From Deltaproteobacteria bacterium (GTDB lineage Bacteria > Desulfobacterota > Binatia > Binatales > Binataceae): a stretch of DNA of 64,000 bases. The DNA lies in the NCBI GenBank assembly GCA_003135135.1, contig PLDK01000007.1:2202-66201 (forward strand), given 5' to 3'. The notes beneath the pieces are model-generated. The model had not been told where the DNA came from. It saw only the letters and a program-made list of their open reading frames with translations, and did not search any database. The translations under genes and the position numbers were made by a program. Shown here piece by piece: positions 9,699-19,250 of this stretch (the stretch's first letter is position 1; each line of letters starts with the position of its first letter).

Positions 9699-10200
9699 AG
9701 GTGACAGGGTTACCCGGCGTCGTGCCGAGCGCCGCGATTTCGTAGCGGTGCGCGACGATCTGGAAGAACAGATTGGCCTGCTCGCGGCTCATGTCGAGAT
9801 GGAAAAGAAGTCGGCGATGGAAAGGCGCGGGATAAAATCGCCCGACCGCGCCGAAGGCCGCGCGGGGTCTTGTATCTGCGCCAAATAGCCAGGCGGTAGA
9901 AGCGGTCGGAATTAAGCGCGTCGACGATGCCGGACAGCTTTACTTGGACTCGACTTGGGCTGTTCATCACGCGAGTGCATAGGCGGATTCCGTTGCAAGC
10001 CATTTTTTTCGGTAGCTGTGCCTTCTCAAAACCTAATCCGCGCGCACGGAGACGCAAAAGATCGCCCGGACGGCTCGTTTCCCAGCTGATTATTTCGAGG
10101 TGTCAGCCCTAGCAGGGACCGGCGTGATGAATTGTGGCGCGACTTTGCACTGACCGCGAGGTCTTGAGTCGCCCGCGTCAACCCGGCGGAAGCCGCGACG

Positions 10201-11538
10201 GTGAAACACATTTATGAGCGATATCTCGACCTCGGTTCCGTCCGGCTACTGAGGGGCAATTTGGAGCGCCACAGGATCGTCTCCAAAGTCCGGGTGTCGA
10301 AAAACGGCGTGCGATCGGGAGGCCGGCAATTTTCGCGCGGCGCTCTGTACCAGATGCTGTCGAACCCGATCTACCTGGGCGAAATTCGCCACAAAAAGGA
10401 ACGCCATCCGGGGCAACACGAGCCAATAGTGAGCCGCGAGCTCTGGGAGAACGTCCAGCAGCACTTGCGCGATCAGGCCGCCAAGCATCGCGAACGCCCG
10501 ACCAAGGCGCCGCACAGCCCGCTTGCGGGTAAACTGTTCGACGAGAGTGGCGAGCCCCTATATGTGCAGGGCGCGGTAAAAGGCGCTCGCCATTATCGCT
10601 ACTACGTCTCGCGCGGATTGGTCAGAGGGTCGGTACAAGATGACCAGCGCGGGTGGCGCGTAGCTGCACCGGAGCTTGAGCGCGCAGTTCGCGCTGCGAC
10701 TCAGCGGATTCTCGGTGATCGAGCGGCGATCGCTGGAGCGATTGAAGAACTCAACATCGATGCGAGCCGGTTGCCTTTGATATTCAAGGTCGCCGAAGCC
10801 TGGATTCAAAGCCTGCGGTCCGAAGCGGAAGCTGCACCAGTACTTACCCGGCTGATCGAACGCGTTCGACTCAAGCAGGACGGCATCGACGTTTCAATCA
10901 AATTGCCGATCCCATCCGATGAAGGGCGTGACGTCGCGACTCCGAACGAACTTGCGCTAACTCGATTCGTCCCGATGCGGATGAAGCGGCGCGGCGTTGA
11001 GATGCGTCTGATCATTGATGGTGACGCCACACCAACGGCTCGCGTCGATCTACCCCTGCTCAACGCGACCGCCCGCGCGTATCGATGGTCCAATGATCTG
11101 CTGACGGGCCGGGCGCGGTCGAGCGGCGAGATCGCGAGGCGAGAACATCTTACCGGCCGTCACGTGCGGCGCGTGATGCGGCTGGCGTTTCTGGCGCCCA
11201 GGATCGTCGAGGCGATCGCCACAGGCCGCCAGCCTGCGGACCTCTGCACTCTAGCAATGACCCAAAGAATCGAGCTGCCCCCCGCTCTGGAGCGCTCAGG
11301 AGCGAGCGCTCGACATCCGATAGACTCACGCGGGCGGAGTTGCTTGCGTTTAGGGGTACTTCCCGAGTACGTGATTCCCGCAAGATGTCGGCCGGTTCGC
11401 AGATGGACATGCCAAAATCGCGAACAGAGAATTTTGAGCGATTTTTGCCGTCAGCCGCGGCCGGTGGCATTCTCCCGGTCCACCGACGCGCGTGAATCGC
11501 GCCCCACGCGCCGATTTCATCACTTCTTCAAAATGTAG
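10201..11538 (+). pseudogene. large serine recombinase lacking the N-terminal catalytic resolvase domain (truncated or degraded)
   Basis: The recombinase-domain signature KHIYERYLDLGSVRLLRGNLERHRIVSK...IYLGEIRHK... is present. The frame is closed by TGA about 30 nt upstream (about 10168), and no intact Ser-nucleophile domain could be found in any frame of 9700-10200. Confidence 0.6.
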
Positions 11539-11598
11539 GGAAACATGCCAGACTGTGTGGCGGATGACGCAGTCTGATGCGAACTGCTCTCTGCATAT

Positions 11599-11805
11599 AA
11601 TTCCCTGATCATCAGGGAAAATACAGGGAATTTTCGCGATTTCGGGCGTTTTGGACCCGATTTCCAGCCTAAAAGTCCTTGTCTTCTCTCGGATTTTCGT
11701 CGGAATTCCCTACTCAACCGAACAGGGAATTATTCTGAAGGAACAGGGAATCTTTTCGACGTAACAGGGAATCTGATCCGGAGAACAGAGAAAGCCTCTT
11801 ACCGG
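11599..11805. repeat. iteron-like array of CAGGGAA(T) motifs with a 21-bp periodic core
   Basis: ACAGGGAAT direct copies at 11624, 11722, 11743 and 11764, and a degenerate ACAGAGAAA at 11785; the last four are spaced exactly 21 bp apart. A CAGGGAA copy sits at 11613, and inverted copies aattccctg / gaattccct at 11599 and 11703. Lies in the 560-bp gap between convergent genes. Confidence 0.6.
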
Positions 11806-12098
11806 CATCAGCTTGAACGAAGACTATCCGCAGGCGATCGAAACCACGAATGAATCCCGCAACATAAAGTATTGAGAAGCCACCGCAGCAGCCGGACCAA
11901 CAACGCGATCATCGCGCGCGACAGTAGCCGAGCAGCCCAGGTTTTTCACACGGATGGAGTTTTCTGCAGGCACACCCCGCGAACCTCACCGACACCTCCT
12001 CGCTCATCGCCACGGCGATGAGCGCGATCAGGGCGCCGAAGCCGGCCGATCCACTCCCTCGGCGCGAGGACCGAAACGCGCGCGGAGATATAAAGTCT

Positions 12099-15000
12099 CT
12101 ACGTCGTCCCCGCGGCGTCCGCCGTGACGAGCTTCAGCCGTGCGCTGCCATAGAGCGTGTACATGAGACCGAGCGGGTTGTTCTTCGCCAGCAGCAGGCG
12201 TCGCATGCGCAGCATGGCATCGCCTGCTGATTGACCGCCGATCAGTTCTTGGAGAAAAGACTTCGCCGCTTCCACGGCCAGCATCTCCACGATCGTCGTT
12301 TCGGTTCCGACGACGGCCGCCGCATGTTTCGCCCGAATGAACTCCCTGATGAACTCCGACGGCGCATACGGGTCGAATCCCACAGTGCTGCATCCGTTAA
12401 TGAAGACCAGCGGCGCATGAGTCCACACGGGCTTGCCGCCAAAGTCGGCGGGGAGGAGGACGTCCTCGACCACGCCCCTAAATCCGAGTCCGAAGTCAAG
12501 AGTCGACCCAAGGTCCTTCCCGTCCTTCGCCACGGTCTTGGCCAAGGCATGACAGTATAAGTAGACGATGTCAGGATCGTTGTTCTTCATGAGCGTTCGC
12601 ACGGCGGCGCGGCCGGTGCCTGACGTGACCTTCGCGTGCTTCAGGATCCCTTGCTCCAGATCCGCGACGTGTTTCGTGCCGAAGTCGAGCTTCTCGTTGT
12701 AGCCCGCCACCACGTTGATCTGCTCGCCGGCCTTGATCTCCTCGACGAGGCCCGTCGACTTCTCGCCGAGCCCATCGACCTTCTGCGCCGGTACGTCAAT
12801 AGGAAACATGAAGCCCCAAAAGCGGCGCGGACAGATCACCGTTTCCTCCGTGTAGACTGTCTTCCCGTTTCGACACAGTTCGTCGTTGTCGGCTTTGTTG
12901 AGAAGACATCCCGCGCCGCCACATTCGACGGCCGGCATGTTACCATTGGCGTCTGGCATCGGCGCTCGGCAGACTGACGGCGGCGCGGTCGTCTTGTCCA
13001 AAAAGACCACCCGGTCATAGATCATCGACCACGGAATCACGTTTGAAAAATCGAGGTGCGCCGCATGAATGCCGTCGCCCTTCTCGATCAGGCTTCGGAT
13101 CCTGTCCTGATCGTTCGGGTCGGGAACGAGCGCGTTGTAGATCCGCCAACCAGCGTAGGCGATGTCCGCCAGAACGTCACAAAGCTCCTGCGGGTCGCCG
13201 GCGTTTTCCGTGTTCTGGTACGACAGGTAGCGATAGGCCACGCCGCGTTGCGATGCCGTCTCCAGCGTCGTTCGCGCCCATTCGACGATCTTCGAAATGT
13301 CAACCTTGCCGACGCGGAAAAGGTCGTTGCCCTTGATCGTCGTGACCTTGTCGCCGGCGCTGTCGTTGACCACGACCGTCAGGCCTCGCGGGCTTCCGTG
13401 AGCACCGTCGGCAATGTTTGCGGTGGTGCCGTATTCGAGGCGCGTGATGTAGCCGGAGGTGCCGATCTTCTTTGCATCTGACGGCGGGACGCTGAGCGCA
13501 CGCGCCATGGCCGAAGCCACACTCCGCGGCGCATCCTCTAGCGCGGCGGCGACGAAAAACGACTGCACGACATTGTCGCGGTGATAGATCGTGAAGCGGA
13601 GCCGCGCCACGCCGGGCACGGTTGTCGGTTTGAACGGGCGAACGGCGAAGGCGATGAGATCGGACGGCTCTTCGCGAGGAAGATAGAACTCCTGCACCGG
13701 ATCTCCGATGACGTCGAAATCGATTCCCGTGACGCCGATTTCCATCCACGCGCCGTCGCCGTCCCACCGCACCTTCTCTTCGAGGAAGCTCGTGGGACCG
13801 AGCGAAACGATCAACTCGTCCTTCGGCCCGATCTGCACGCAGAAGTGAACCGCCTCACCGACTCGAAGACGAGCCTTCCGCTGCGGGATCTTCTTCAGTT
13901 TGCCGTCGGATCCGGTCGCGTAGAACGCGGAGTTGACCTGCCGCGGTACGCGGCGGGGCATCACCGCCTTTGGATCGCGGACGGCGTTCACCAGCGATCG
14001 CACGTCGGCGATCTTGGCCGCCAGCGGCAGCATGCCGCCCGACTCGTGGTCTTCGTAGTGATACGCGGCCGAACTGCGGACGATGTCGTCTATCTTCGTG
14101 GAGAAGATGTTCATCGCGCCTCTCCGGTTCATCGAGCGGAAGGGCTGCGATTTCGTGACAATGTACCCAGCGAGATCATCGACCGAGAGAACTTCCCCGC
14201 TCCCGCGCAGTTGCTCGAATTCGTAGCCGAGATCGATGCCCACCAAACCGTGTTGTGGCAGCTTCGCCGCCAACGAGTGACCGAATCGCTGCGCGCGCGA
14301 TCCCCACAGGTCGTCGAATCGAACGCCCTTCGCGTCGATGACGCCCATTTCCGTCGCCGACTCGACGATGGTGGATCTGATGGCGGCGGCGTCGATCGAA
14401 GGTCTATTCGGGATCTTCTGAGGAGAGACGAAGTGCGTGACGTAAGCCTTCTTGACCGAGGAAGCAACGCGAGGTTCGGAAAGCTCGCGAGCGACCACTG
14501 AATACCGCAGCGCCTCCTCGCCGCCGGCTCCCGCAAACAGCTCGCTTCTGGCGATCGCCGCGTGAATCCAGTCGAGCGGCCGGTCATGCGAAATAGCTCC
14601 GTACAACGTGTGGCTGGCGAGCGGGTCGTTGCCAAGGAAAAGGACCGCCGGCCCTCCCCGATCGATTATGGCCTGTGCCAGCCGGCGAAGCACCGGCGGC
14701 ACCGATTGGTGTCCGTCGAGGACGATCAGCCGGGTTTGAAAACGATCGGCGAAGCGGAGGAACCAGCCTGTGGTGCCGGCCGTGCTGTCGTGAGCGTTCG
14801 TGAGGAAACTCGTGGCGGCCGGCAGATCGTGTACGTGAAGGATGTCGACCGTGGCCCAAGACTCGCGCCGGGCGAAACTCTCGACGTCGAACAGCGTCGT
14901 GCGGGCGTCGATGTAGGCGTTTCCGCGAGCAGTGCCGTGAAATGTAGCGTCGATGGCCGCCGGAACCACCGGCGTTCCGTCTACCTCGAGCACGCGGATC

Positions 15001-15353
15001 GGGAACGTGATCGGGATCTGCAAGACGCGCGGACGAACCGGCGAAGTTCGAACGACGAGGCGACCGCCTACCTCGATTGATTCCCACTCCATCGCTGCCC
15101 AGTCGCGGACTCCGACCTCGACGGTTACTCGCTCCAGCGTCGATGTCTGCGAATGAGTCACTTCACTTGCCGAAATCGACTTACGAACGGCGTCACTCAG
15201 TTCCTTTGGAATTGCGGAGGCATGATCGATGAGATTGCGCGGCGTTCGGGTCTCCCATTTCGTTCCTTCTGGAGAGGCGATGGTCAGGACGGCGTCGCTG
15301 CCGTCGGCAAACAGGCGAACCGCAAAATCACGACGTTGATATATCGTCGACAT
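12099..15353 (-). CDS. 1084-aa protein with a C-terminal CHAT (caspase-like His/Cys) protease domain and an uncharacterised about 800-aa N-terminal region
   Basis: The C-terminal motifs ...DIVYLYCHALAKT... (His about aa 935) and ...PLVFINGCSTVGFD... (Cys about aa 988) match the CHAT/caspase catalytic dyad and spacing. A Cys cluster (ECGGAGC...CRNGK...ICPRRF) precedes the domain. No P-loop found. The ATG at 15351-15353 lies 3 nt from the stop of the upstream gene. Confidence 0.7.
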   Translation of the reverse strand: MSTIYQRRDFAVRLFADGSDAVLTIASPEGTKWETRTPRNLIDHASAIPKELSDAVRKSISASEVTHSQTSTLERVTVEVGVRDWAAMEWESIEVGGRLVVRTSPVRPRVLQIPITFPIRVLEVDGTPVVPAAIDATFHGTARGNAYIDARTTLFDVESFARRESWATVDILHVHDLPAATSFLTNAHDSTAGTTGWFLRFADRFQTRLIVLDGHQSVPPVLRRLAQAIIDRGGPAVLFLGNDPLASHTLYGAISHDRPLDWIHAAIARSELFAGAGGEEALRYSVVARELSEPRVASSVKKAYVTHFVSPQKIPNRPSIDAAAIRSTIVESATEMGVIDAKGVRFDDLWGSRAQRFGHSLAAKLPQHGLVGIDLGYEFEQLRGSGEVLSVDDLAGYIVTKSQPFRSMNRRGAMNIFSTKIDDIVRSSAAYHYEDHESGGMLPLAAKIADVRSLVNAVRDPKAVMPRRVPRQVNSAFYATGSDGKLKKIPQRKARLRVGEAVHFCVQIGPKDELIVSLGPTSFLEEKVRWDGDGAWMEIGVTGIDFDVIGDPVQEFYLPREEPSDLIAFAVRPFKPTTVPGVARLRFTIYHRDNVVQSFFVAAALEDAPRSVASAMARALSVPPSDAKKIGTSGYITRLEYGTTANIADGAHGSPRGLTVVVNDSAGDKVTTIKGNDLFRVGKVDISKIVEWARTTLETASQRGVAYRYLSYQNTENAGDPQELCDVLADIAYAGWRIYNALVPDPNDQDRIRSLIEKGDGIHAAHLDFSNVIPWSMIYDRVVFLDKTTAPPSVCRAPMPDANGNMPAVECGGAGCLLNKADNDELCRNGKTVYTEETVICPRRFWGFMFPIDVPAQKVDGLGEKSTGLVEEIKAGEQINVVAGYNEKLDFGTKHVADLEQGILKHAKVTSGTGRAAVRTLMKNNDPDIVYLYCHALAKTVAKDGKDLGSTLDFGLGFRGVVEDVLLPADFGGKPVWTHAPLVFINGCSTVGFDPYAPSEFIREFIRAKHAAAVVGTETTIVEMLAVEAAKSFLQELIGGQSAGDAMLRMRRLLLAKNNPLGLMYTLYGSARLKLVTADAAGTT

Positions 15354-15356
15354 GGG

Positions 15357-17525
15357 TCACCTTCGAAGCGCGGCCACTCCGGCATGCGAGAACTGATCGA
15401 TGGCGAAACCCCAGACGAACGCGGCGAGATAGTTCGCCGGTCCTCCCCATACCAGGTTGTCGATCCAGAGCACCTGTAGTCCGACAAGACATGCCGCGAC
15501 GACGACGATGACGCTGACGATGATGTCGTATCGTCCGATCTGCCGGGCCGTCGTCTTCTCTGTTCCCGACTGATCGAGTTCCGACGCCGGCGGACCGTAG
15601 CCAAAGGAACCGATCATGTCGAACGACGGCCCCCCTGGCGCCGCACCCAGTGCGGTCGCCGCAAGCGAAGCCAGCGCAGCCGACATCGTACCCATAGTCT
15701 GACCGGGGGCGGCGATGGCCTTTTCGTAGAGCTTCGCGGCCGCGTCGAGTTTGTTCAATCCGTCGGCGATGCTTTGCGCGACCGCCTCCTTCGCCGCTTC
15801 GGCGGCATCGATGATCGGCTTTCGCTTCGCGTCATCCGTGATGCTCGCTGCGGCGGATTGCTCAATGGCGTTGCTCAATCCCATGACGTACGGAACCGCC
15901 GCGGCGAAGAGTCGCGTCGTGGCATCGTCCGGATCCTTGGTCGCGGAGACAATCGTCGCCGCCGTGGTGGTCTGCCGCTTCAAAGCGTCCCATTCGTTCG
16001 GATTCATTCCCGCGGGCGACGTCGTCGAGCCGGACACGCGTTTGATTAATTCGTCGGCGAGGATGATCGCGTAGCGAAGGCGCGCCGCCTCCACCAACCG
16101 GATAGCTTCCTCGATATTGTCGTGCGCAAGCTTCTCAGACGCGGCCTCGAGGGAGGTGGCGATTTCATGCACGCTCGCTTGTGGATACTGCGCAAGCTTG
16201 GCAGTGAGATCGTCGACCTGCTTCTTCAGCCTTTCCTTGATCTTGGTTCGGATTTTCTGTGGAAGCGCGCTGACGTCGCTGATGGCCGATTGCACCTTGG
16301 TGGCATCCGGATTTGGGTTCTTGAACGCGGCCTCGGCATCTTCCAGCGTCGGCATGAGTTCGTCGCGCACTTCGAGCGGCCGGACCTCGCGCACCTGCTT
16401 GTGCAGTTGAATCCAGGAGCCGAGCGCCGGCACGATCAGTTCGAACACATCGAGCTCGGTCGTAATCGCGCGCCGCCGCGTTTGCGCGTCATCCCAGCGC
16501 TGCTGGACGTTTTTGCGAACGACGCCGACGAGCTCCTCGGCGTCGGCGTCACCAGTGGCGCGTGCCGATTCGTCGCGCAGCATCAACAGAATGGTGGTCA
16601 TTCGCTGCTGGGCGAGCAGCCGTGGACGGAGCGTACTGCCGTAGATCAGTACCACCAGCGAAAGGCCCACGCCAACGACGATGAAGAAGATCGCGACCCA
16701 GAAGGGGTCGCGGACGTAGATCGTGAACGGCTTACTGATCGGCTGGAAACCGGCAGGCGCGAAGCGGATGGTGCCGTCGTACCTTCCGGGCGAGGCGAGA
16801 CCGTCGATCCCCAGCTCAAGCGGCGTCGGCTCACCCGGCACGACCGTGATGGGGTCCGGCACATTTTGCAGATCGAGCTTTATATTCGAGACTAGCGATC
16901 CGGATACCGAGTCGGCCTTCGGCTTGCGCGTCACGTCGTCGAGGAACGGCCGGCTCACTCTGACCTCGGCGCCGGTAGCGTAGATCGTCATTGTCAGAGG
17001 GACATGCAACGACGTGCGGTATGGACAGGAAGTTCGCTCCACCGCCGCGATGTCGCTGATGGCGATCGGCGGAGCGGCGGTCGTCCGAGCGATCTCGATC
17101 GAAAAGCGGAGGAGCGTATTCGGGGCCCGCAGCCGAGCTTTATTGTTCCTCGGAACGGTCCGCTGCGAGATCGTGACCGTTCCCGTGTAGGTGCCGGCGT
17201 TCAAGAGCCTGACCCTTAACTTCACCGTCAGCGGGACCCCAACGGCGATGTCGAACGGCCCCTTCGGATCGGATTCAGGCACGGCAGCGTCTCCCGCTGG
17301 TGAGTGGAGATCGGTGCCCTGAACCTCGACGCCCCTCAGAACACTGGTTGTCTGGTTCTCGATCGTCAGAGAAATGGCGAGATCGGGGGTGGTAACGCCA
17401 GCAAACTTTAGCTCCTTCGACGCGGGGAGCTCTAGCACAGCAACCGGCTCTTTCGTGGCCGCGTTCGCGAATAGCGCCGTCGACACGAGAAGCGTGCAGA
17501 TCAACGGCACAAGAACTCTCGACAT
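15357..17525 (-). CDS. large membrane protein: signal peptide, about 330-aa beta-rich extracytoplasmic region, one TM, about 300-aa cytoplasmic helical region, two C-terminal TMs
   Basis: Start MSRVLVPLICTLLVSTALFANA with GGAGGA 4 nt upstream (ATG at 17523-17525); the track ORF extends further upstream without support. TM segments: WVAIFFIVVGVGLSLVVLIYG, IIVSVIVVVAACLVGLQVLWI, YLAAFVWGFAI. Stop/start nearly abutting the CHAT gene. Confidence 0.6.
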   Translation of the reverse strand: MSRVLVPLICTLLVSTALFANAATKEPVAVLELPASKELKFAGVTTPDLAISLTIENQTTSVLRGVEVQGTDLHSPAGDAAVPESDPKGPFDIAVGVPLTVKLRVRLLNAGTYTGTVTISQRTVPRNNKARLRAPNTLLRFSIEIARTTAAPPIAISDIAAVERTSCPYRTSLHVPLTMTIYATGAEVRVSRPFLDDVTRKPKADSVSGSLVSNIKLDLQNVPDPITVVPGEPTPLELGIDGLASPGRYDGTIRFAPAGFQPISKPFTIYVRDPFWVAIFFIVVGVGLSLVVLIYGSTLRPRLLAQQRMTTILLMLRDESARATGDADAEELVGVVRKNVQQRWDDAQTRRRAITTELDVFELIVPALGSWIQLHKQVREVRPLEVRDELMPTLEDAEAAFKNPNPDATKVQSAISDVSALPQKIRTKIKERLKKQVDDLTAKLAQYPQASVHEIATSLEAASEKLAHDNIEEAIRLVEAARLRYAIILADELIKRVSGSTTSPAGMNPNEWDALKRQTTTAATIVSATKDPDDATTRLFAAAVPYVMGLSNAIEQSAAASITDDAKRKPIIDAAEAAKEAVAQSIADGLNKLDAAAKLYEKAIAAPGQTMGTMSAALASLAATALGAAPGGPSFDMIGSFGYGPPASELDQSGTEKTTARQIGRYDIIVSVIVVVAACLVGLQVLWIDNLVWGGPANYLAAFVWGFAIDQFSHAGVAALRR

Positions 17526-17804
17526 GAGCTCCTCCAAAATATGGACGCGGCGCTTAGCTGATGTGCGCTGTGTCTGGGAGCCGCGGCTGCAATCTAGCCC
17601 ACGCGGCCATTGGGATTCAAATCTGTGTGCGGTTGACAAAACCGGTCGCCAATTGCGTGTAAATACCAGAGTGACAGTACATGATCGGGCCGCTCTCGAA
17701 CGCGCTTGGTGCCGGCGGAGAGGCGCGCCGTCTCGTCGAGACACTCGCGATAGCTGGCATGATCTTCTCAAGACATACGACGGTCTATTGGTCTAGTCAT
17801 TGTC

Positions 17805-18128
17805 CTAGGCCGAGGCGGCAGTTGCAGCTACCTTCGCCAATGCTGCAATCACTTGGGCGATTTGTCCTATGGCAGCGGCGACTTTGGCCTCGTCTGCCTG
17901 TGCCTGCTTGACCGTCTGAGTTGCATTTTGAACGGCAGTAACGGCGTCCTTGTATTCTTGCTTCGTTTCGTCGGGTATTTTGTCGGCGAGACTACCGAGT
18001 TGTAACGATAGCTGTTGCAGTTGGCCTGCCAATTGGGCTTTTTTGGCTGGATCCTGAGTCTGCTGATAAAGCACCCATGTTTGATTGATCAACTCAGGCA
18101 CGACATTTGGATCGGACAGCTTTGACAC
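17805..18128 (-). CDS. small helical protein (107 aa) with a hydrophobic Ala-rich C-terminus
   Basis: ORF in the operon between the lipoprotein and the large membrane protein. Q/A/K-rich predicted coiled-coil sequence ending IAQVIAALAKVAATAASA. Confidence 0.4.
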   Translation of the reverse strand: MSKLSDPNVVPELINQTWVLYQQTQDPAKKAQLAGQLQQLSLQLGSLADKIPDETKQEYKDAVTAVQNATQTVKQAQADEAKVAAAIGQIAQVIAALAKVAATAASA

Positions 18129-18175
18129 GAGTTTTCCCCTATCTCATAGATTTGTGACGGCCTTCGGCATTGTTC

Positions 18176-19129
18176 CTATTTCAAGCTTTTAATGTTCGAC
18201 GTTGCCTGCTGTGCGCTTGCGTAGAAATCCTCAATGTCTTTGATCTCAAAGGTCGTATTCTGAAGCGCGTTCTCCAAGGCTGTGTTCGCTGCAATACAAG
18301 CGCTGCTGCTCTTTTCGATTTGAGGGAATGTGGTACCAGCCTCATCCAAGTTTTGTTCGCCGAGCAAGTAGGCGTTCAGACTATCGGAGCGCGCAAGCCG
18401 ATCGCGAGGATTTAACGAGATCGCTGTTTCCGAAGTGGCCGCTAGAATTCGCGCAGTAGTCTGGAAACGAAATGCGAAATTATCCTTTGGCGTTTGAGTT
18501 CCAGTAGCAAGAAAGAAATTGTCCCGCACCGTTCCACAGATAACAGGCACTGCATCTTTGGTGGCTGCTACCACGGACCGGATTGCGTGCGCTTTCATGT
18601 CGTCGAGGAACCATTCTGTTAGTTGCTGGGCAATTGCGCTAATCGCATCAGAGCTTGCATTCGCCACTGGCGATCCGGGAATTGCTTTTAGCGCGGCAGC
18701 GAGAGCGTCTGACGACTTCTTGATTTGGTCTTTGTTGTCTGCGTTCATAATTCCCGTGAGCGCGGTACCGTAAGCTTTCATCGCCTGCGGACCCGAAAGA
18801 AAGGTCACGTACCAGTCGCCTGAAAAGTCGCCTGCGAGATTCTTATATTCGCAGGGTTGTCCCTTCTCACCGCAGCTGCTGATGTAAGTCAGGATGATCG
18901 GATCGGTGTTCGGGGCGAGATACTTCTTTGGAAGATCGGGCACCCGGTAGAGCGCTACATTCATCGCGATAGTCTGATCTTTCATCTTCACGAGTTCAGT
19001 CGATGATGCGTCCCCGAACTTGGTTGCCGCATCCGCGAATTTCGAGGTTGCGTCGCGTTGAGCAGCGGTGAGCCCGCAGCCACTCACGCATAGAGCCAGC
19101 AGAAGTAACAAACAACGGCATTTTGTCAT
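18176..19129 (-). CDS. lipoprotein, unknown function
   Basis: MTKCRCLLLLLALCVSGCG gives lipobox VSGC. ATG at 19127-19129. Visibly AT-richer than the surrounding sequence. Confidence 0.55.
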   Translation of the reverse strand: MTKCRCLLLLLALCVSGCGLTAAQRDATSKFADAATKFGDASSTELVKMKDQTIAMNVALYRVPDLPKKYLAPNTDPIILTYISSCGEKGQPCEYKNLAGDFSGDWYVTFLSGPQAMKAYGTALTGIMNADNKDQIKKSSDALAAALKAIPGSPVANASSDAISAIAQQLTEWFLDDMKAHAIRSVVAATKDAVPVICGTVRDNFFLATGTQTPKDNFAFRFQTTARILAATSETAISLNPRDRLARSDSLNAYLLGEQNLDEAGTTFPQIEKSSSACIAANTALENALQNTTFEIKDIEDFYASAQQATSNIKSLK

Positions 19130-19250
19130 ACGATTTCCTATATTTATCTCGTGCGTTATGCGGTTGTCGACCCGAGGCGATTCCTCTTTGACGGAAACCT
19201 GGAGTATCAAGAACCTGTTTCAGACCCGCTATTGATTCGGGTGCGATTCA

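Noticed and set aside
17640-17680. plus-strand sigma-70-like promoter (ttgaca-19 nt-tgtaaat)
   Set aside because: It would drive transcription antisense to the operon, and the spacer is 19 nt. Too speculative to annotate.
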